NCBI RefSeq assembly: GCF_009914755.1
Contig: NC_060930.1
Reading direction: 5' to 3' (one strand)
DNA: 64,000 nt
Source of the DNA: the human T2T-CHM13v2.0 reference genome, Homo sapiens
A model generated the notes under the pieces. That model made no database searches. It was not told the origin of the DNA and was given only the letters and a program-made list of their open reading frames with translations. The position numbers were made by a program, and so were the translations under genes. Positions 55,751-64,000 of the stretch are shown here, piece after piece; position 1 is the first letter of the stretch; each line of letters begins with the position of its first letter.

Positions 55751-57248
55751 TTACGAAGAGTTTCAAGTGCAGATTGTTGTGTAGACAGAAAATAGCCAAG
55801 CCATTGGTGGGCCCAAGGTGGATGTAGGAGCAGGTAAAGAGAGCAGAATGCAATGGCAGTAATGATGAACCCAATTTATTTTGTAATTTTCCCGGGATCA
55901 ACAACTTCTTTGTTGTACTAGTTGCTAAAAATCTCCAATGCCTTTTTTTTGCCATGCAAACTGAACTTCACAGATGCTTACTGTAAAAAAGTACACCCAA
56001 TGACCTTTTCCAAGAGGATAAGAAAGATGCTAACAACCTGCAGCACTGTTGAGGCTGCAGGTGAAAGGATCTAGGGTGTAGGTCACTGATGCTTCTTGGA
56101 ATCAGCCTGGCCATACCCTGAGCTGTTTGGCCTCAGAGGGGTGGGCCATGGTGACACCCTAGAAGCGGCCTGAACTGGGCTGTAGGCTGTTAGTGTCAAT
56201 CTTGAATTCTTTACCAAGATCAAGGCCAATCATGAATTAGTTCAGCAGAAGAGCCAAAAGGAGGGAGATCATGAATTATTCCATTTAAATTCTTTTCTCT
56301 CATTTTTTCCTGGTTAATTTTCCTTTAATTTCATTTTGGAAGTTCCTTTGGCTGTGAAAGCTTGGGTTTTCCCTGCTGTGAGATCAGGACACTAGGCTTT
56401 GGAGGGATCATTTACATTTTTGGTCTCTTGATGGACAGAGCTGCTGTCTGCTCATAAAGGCAGACGATGACTCTTTGTGGATGCCGCAGTGGGCAACAGC
56501 TCTTTCTGTGACTTGCCAAAGGTCATTTATCGAGCTAGGAAGGAACCACCATCTTTGGGATTTCAGTTGACCTTGTAGCCACAGGAGGCCCAGAGGAGGG
56601 TTTTTTCCCTTCAGTCTAACTTGTGTCACTTCCAATCAAATATTTGGCATCGAATCACTGGAAGATGATTTTTAAAACTTGCCCTATTTAAAGAGATTCC
56701 ATTGATTTATCATGTTAATGCTGTAACTCAAATTCCCAACATGCAAATAAGAGTGATTTATGAAAACACTATCGTCTAAAATTATAACTCCTGAAGATGG
56801 GTATATTTTTCTTCTTTGGTGTCGAATCGCTCCAAACAAGCTCTGATTGCATTAACTATACATTACGCACTGAAAGGCAAACTCTCTTCAAGGCTAGGTT
56901 TTTGCACTTTCTTACTACAACTAAAAACATTTCTTTAAAAATTAAGTAAAATATTTGTATTTACAGAAAGTCAGATAATGGAAATTGTTCTACTTATTTT
57001 AGAATTTTAATATTCTAGTGAGATTAATATGTTAAAACCATTTAGTTTTTTTTCAATGGCCAAAATATATTTATCAGGTGCCTATGCTAGAGTACTATAT
57101 TAGGCATTGTACAAAACAAACAAACAAACAAAAAAAAAACCAAAAAAAAACCCATGATTTTCTTGGAAGTAGTTTTCAATTTAGGGAATAAATTAGTATT
57201 TTTTTTCAAGTCCATAAAATTCATTTCAAAGTGATTTGAAAATTAATT

Positions 57249-57580
57249 GGCCGGTACGGTGGCTCAGGCCTGTAATCCCAGCAATTTGGGAGGCCGAGGC
57301 GGGCAGATCACCTAAGGTCAGGAGTTCAAGACCAGCCTGGCCAAAATGGTGAAACCCCGTCTCTACTAAAAATACAAAAATTAGCTGGGCGTGGCAGTGG
57401 GTGCCTGTAATCCCAGGTACTCAGGAGGCTGAGGCAGAAGAATCGCTTGAACCCAGGAGGTAGAGATTGCAGTGAGCCAAGATTGTGCTGTTGCGCTCCA
57501 GCCTGGGCAAAGGGAGTGAAACTCTGTCTCAAAAAAAAAAAAAGAAAGAAAGAAAGAAAAAGAGAGAGAGAAAATAAAAG
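57249..57580 (+). mobile_element. AluSx-like
   Basis: Full dimer, A/GAAA tail, TSD GAAAATTAAT. Confidence 0.9.
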
Positions 57581-57898
57581 AAAATTAATATCATTGGCTG
57601 TTTTTAAGTTCATCTTTCCCTCCTCTGTCATCTCACAGGTATTAGTAAGAACCGCTGTTACACTGCGTGCCACACTGAATTTCAACTATCCCTCTATCTG
57701 CTTTGTCTTCTCTCCCAGCCAGTAAGCTACTAAATGATTTTGGATGAATAAATAAACATCTAGGAATGGGAAAGAGAGCAAAATTGAACAAATAGTAATG
57801 AATTAGAGTAATCCTTTAAAAGGTGGAAATTATTGGAACAGATATGCAGTTTAAATAAGTTGCAGACTAAGATAGCAGCATAAAACATACAGGAATAT

Positions 57899-58337
<439 letters not shown>

Positions 58338-58403
58338 TTATTCACACCAGTATCATCTCTAGTGGGTCCTATTGCAATAGCCTCGTGGTGGGATTTTCCT
58401 GAC

Positions 58404-58763
58404 TGCTATGGTCTAAATGTTTATGACCTCCAAAATTCGTATGTTGAAATCCTAGCCACCCAAGGTGATGGTATTAGGAGATGGGTGTTTTAGGAGGTGA
58501 TTAGATCATGAAGGCGGAGACATCATGAATAAGATTAGTGCCCTTATAAAAGGGACCCCTGAGATCCCTCTCACCCCTTCCACCAAGTGAGGACACGGCA
58601 AGAGGTTGCTGTCTATGGGCCAGAAAGTGGGCCCTCAGCAGACACTGAATCTGCCTTAATGTTGGACTTCCCAGCCTCCAGAAGTGTGAGAGGCAAATTT
58701 CTGTTGTCTGTAAGCTATCTAGTCTATGGTATCCTGTTATAGCAGCCCTAGCCGACTAAGACA
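58404..58763 (+). mobile_element. MLT1A0-like MaLR solo LTR inside a degraded L2-like region
   Basis: TGCTATGGTCTAAATGTTT..CAAGGTGATGGTATTAGGAG..GATTAGTGCCCTTATAAAA..GACTAAGACA; TSD CTGAC/CTCAC. Confidence 0.85.
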
Positions 58764-59430
58764 CTCACCCCTCCACTCAATCACTCTCCAGATTATAGGC
58801 CTTATTAATGCCATCCTCCACTAAAGACCACCCAATGCCTCATCATCATTGTAAAAGAAAAGAAAGCCAAGCATCTCAGTATAACCCCCCTGCCGGGCTT
58901 CCTGACACTAATTGCCCATCTATCACCAAGTCAACCATGTAAGCTTCTTGCAGCCCTTGAGCTTGCCATGTTGTCTCATGCCTCCATGTGGACTATCCTT
59001 TCCTCTTGTAACCCCATCCCCAGCCTTCCAAACTCAGCTCAAAGGGTAAATCCCTGGAGAATCTTCCCTTCCTTTTCTCTCTTCCTTTCTGGATGACTTT
59101 ATCTGCTTCTATTATAACCTCTCCTACTCCACTGGTGTTATTTTGCTTACATAATTGTCCCCGGTGTACTGGCCGGAACTGGGTCCAGTTCATCTCTGTG
59201 TGTCTGAGGATCCAGATGGTATGTGTTACATTGTCCACGCTTACTTCATATCTATGGGGATGAGTGAGTAAAGGAATAAATGTAGACTTCAATGGAGAGA
59301 GAGGATTGCAGGACATTTTTGAATGGCAGGGATGAGAGGTGTAGAATGGTCTTGAATTCCAAAGTATATGTGAACCTAAGTTCCAAATACTGTCATTATT
59401 TTTAGTGAAGCCCCCTTTCTGGTCCTGGAG

Positions 59431-60356
<926 letters not shown>

Positions 60357-60674
60357 TCAGTGCAGATTAATAAGTTTCCACTGGCTTACCTGCATGAGGA
60401 AAACTGCTAGTGACTACCTTTCATGTACTAAGTTCCTAAGACTCCCCCATTCAGGTCTACTCTCCTTTCTTACCCTGGGTTTCCCACACCCCTCTGCTTC
60501 AAATGGCAGAACAGAGAGTTCTAGAGGATAAGATCTAGAGCTTTGATTAACATGAAAAGAGATAGCTGGAATGAAAAAAAAAAAAAAGCCTGTTTATGTT
60601 GGAACAAGTCTACTAGCCTCTGGGTTTGTCCTGCTGCATTGAGGAGAAGGAAGGAGACAGCAGCAGGTAATTGA

Positions 60675-60835
60675 CAGATCACGGCCTGTGTTAGAATCCT
60701 ACCTCCAGTTAGAAGCCGGCAGACTCCTTACCTTTCCTGGGCCCTACTTCACCAAATGTGGAAGGGAAATAATACTAACCACCCATGGGGTTATTGTGAG
60801 GATCAAATGGGACACCCCTTTATGCAGGAGCTCAA
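60675..60835 (+). mobile_element. MIR
   Basis: CTTACCTTTCCTGGGCCCTACTTCACCAAATGTG..AATAATAC..GGGTTATTGTGAGGATCAAATG. Confidence 0.65.
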
Positions 60836-60987
60836 CACACGCTGACCCCTTCCCTTCCCCCACCACTCGATAAAAGGCCTGGACTGGGCCAGATTCACAA
60901 GGGGATTTAAGGGCAGAGCTGAATCCCTCTTTTTGGTGACACTCTGAGGCTGGGTTCAGCAAGTTTTGGTGATAGAAGGACCCTGAT

Positions 60988-61570
<583 letters not shown>

Positions 61571-62336
61571 TCATGGGGAAACCTAGCACCAAAAGACACT
61601 GGGTGATGTGGAGTTGGAGGAGAGTCCCATCAAATTGTCTTGGAAATGTGGGAGAAGAAAAGGAAGGAAGGCTGCGGGCTGATGATGATGGTTCATGTCT
61701 CAGAGTCTTGCCTCCACCAGCAGAAAGACAGGAAGCCACCTCTTTCCCTAGCTCCCCGCCCCAGGCACGTCTGGAGCTACAGTTATGGTCATCTCCCTCC
61801 CCATTCCTGTGGACTTACAGCACAGCTCGAAGTCAGATATTTAAAGCAAGGAGCATTCTTTTTAGGATTTCATGACGCTATTTTTATTTCCCAAAGTGGT
61901 ATCATTCTGGTACAGAGACTTCACTAAATCTAGCAGTTGAGTTGGAACTTAAAATATTTGCTTATTTTTACTCCTTTGAAAATGATTAGCAGTTGAATTA
62001 TTTAAACTAGAAAGAGATGAGGGAGTTAGAAGGGAGGGCTGCCCGCCCCAGGCACAGCCAGGGGAGAGTGCTAAATGTGGTTATCAAGAGATCAAAGAAC
62101 CAAGGAGAGACTCCTTTGATCTGATGCTTGTCAGAGTTGCAATTAGATCTTTGAGACGCTGCACTTGGCCTCCCCTCCCTTCTTCAGTATTTCTTCTTTC
62201 TTCATGGACACCTGGGAGTGCCAGACCAAGGCAGGTCCCAGAAAAAGCCGGTGTGGCTATGTGAGATCCAAGTGTGCCCTAGGACACGGGAGGCATAATC
62301 TTTCTCGGAGAAAATCCCTTTTATAAATGCATTAGC

Positions 62337-62770
62337 TTTTTTTTTTTTCTTTTTGAGATGAAGTCTCGCTCTTGTCGCCCAGCCTGGAGCGCAATGGTGA
62401 AATCTCGGCTCACTCCAACCTCTGCCTTCTGGGTGCAAGCGATTCTCCTGCCTCAGCCTCCGAGTAGCTGGGATTACAGGCACGTGCCACCACAGCCGGC
62501 TAATTTTTTGTAGTTTGTAGAGAGGAGATTTTGCCATGTCGGCCAGGCTGATCTTGAACTCCTGACCTCAGGTGATCTGCCCCCTTCAGCCTCCCAAAGT
62601 GCTGGAATTACAAGCGCCCTCCACCACACCCGGCTAATTTTTGTATTTTTAATAGAGACGGGGTTTCACCATGTTGGCCAGGCTGGTCTCGAACTCCTGG
62701 CCTCAGGTGATCCACCCACTTTGGCCTCCTAAAGTGCTGGGAATACAGGCGTGAGCCACTGCGCCCTGCC
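62337..62770 (-). mobile_element. Chimeric trimeric Alu (left-left-right)
   Basis: Two left arms, two A-rich linkers and one right arm; switch point within GCTGGAATTACAAGCG (~62601-62616). Confidence 0.88.
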
Positions 62771-64000
62771 ACAGTTGCTTATTTTTAAGGCCTGGGGGAA
62801 AGGTGAATGGGGTCCCTCACCCCCACACCCGTTATACCTGCAAATGCCTGTTCCAGTGTATGAGCTGATATGAATCACACTGTGCTTCCAATGCTTTCCC
62901 TTTGATACAAATAGGAAAGGTACCCAATTGGCTGGGACTAACTTTGGGGTTGTCTGGATTTTCCAAAGGTTTGAGAGTGGGAAACCCAGGTGAGGTCTGT
63001 CAAATCTAAGCAAAGTTGGCTTCACATCCAAGCCAAATTCTACCCCTACTGATTTCTGTGACTTTTTTTGCTAAACAATGTAAGACAATGCAATCAAACC
63101 TAGAGGTCTTCTCTGCCTTCCTGTTACCCTGAAAAGCGGCTCATGGGGGACTTTAAGATGTTATTTATGGCAATCCCCTAAGCAGCCTCAGTCTTACTCT
63201 GATGATTTTTTTACACGATTTATACCAGTCCAAAGAATTCAAGAATAATGGGTATATTTCTGCAGCTGAGCCAAACATTTCTTCTCTATCAGTCTGTGCA
63301 TGACACAGAATGTCTTGTGGTTTTAATATTTGTTTCCCTAATGGACAAGATTTGATAAATGTGTTTCCTAATCCCGAGCTATTGAAATATTGATTCTCAT
63401 CCTGACTGGCCTCCTGGGAACGGAGCCAGCATATCTGCATCTCTGGGCTCTGAATTTAGGCTATTGCCCTGCTGGCCTAGCCTGTGAACACAAGGATGAG
63501 ATTAGATTTGCTTGGGGGTGGGAACTGTAAATCCCAGTGAAATAGCTGTCTGGCCTCATTTCTATTTGACAGAATAGGGCAGCCATTCCCCACATTTTTG
63601 GCCAGTGTTATCATGTGTTTACCTGAATATCCTTCTTGCTTCTTTCTTCCTATTTGATTTTAATGTATACAGGCTGTCCAGTGAAAAGAAGAAAAGAAAT
63701 CCTAGCTAAAGATTCATTTGAACTTCTGAATAGGATTGTCTGAAGGATGTAAAATATTTTACAAGGAATTCCAGAAAGATGAATAACTCACACCATGCCA
63801 AAAATGTTACCTGACATGAAAAAATATTAGAGGCCTTTCCATTACTTCTGTGACCTTTGAATGGAGATGAAAGATGGTTTGGACCCATGCTATCACAACC
63901 TGGTGCTGGACATAGTATCTGATAGGCTGTAATTCCATCCCATTTGAAGACGGGTGGGGAATATGTGTGACTGTTTATCATACATCCATTCAACCTCTTC

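Overview
This is primate, human-like, repeat-rich genomic DNA. I recognised no protein-coding exon, RNA gene or CpG island, and essentially all ORFs in the track derive from repeats or are spurious. The centre holds two co-oriented minus-strand endogenous retroviruses. The first is an old ERVL-class (LTR47-like) provirus at ~23540-29340. It has lost its 5' LTR but keeps remnants of gag, pro, RT, RNase H, IN and a gamma-type env. The second, ~300 bp upstream, is a complete 5.77-kb HERV-H provirus at 29655-35422 with two LTR7s (7 substitutions plus one 10-bp indel apart), a tRNA-His PBS, a PPT and a CAGCC target-site duplication (TSD). It sits inside a MER5 fossil. Other notable structures are a probable ancient L1 3'-transduction nested in an MLT1C LTR (11956-14875), two Alus at the same target site, a trimeric recombinant Alu, a MIR-derived 32-bp tandem array and a palindromic MER53 with a miR-1302-like arm. 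About 30 Alus, plus MaLR LTRs and L1, L2, MIR and DNA-transposon fossils, fill the rest. Subfamily names are recalled by eye from consensus sequences, not from RepeatMasker, and boundaries of old repeats are approximate. I cannot demonstrate a new biological system; the best candidate is the LTR7-driven tandem ERV unit.
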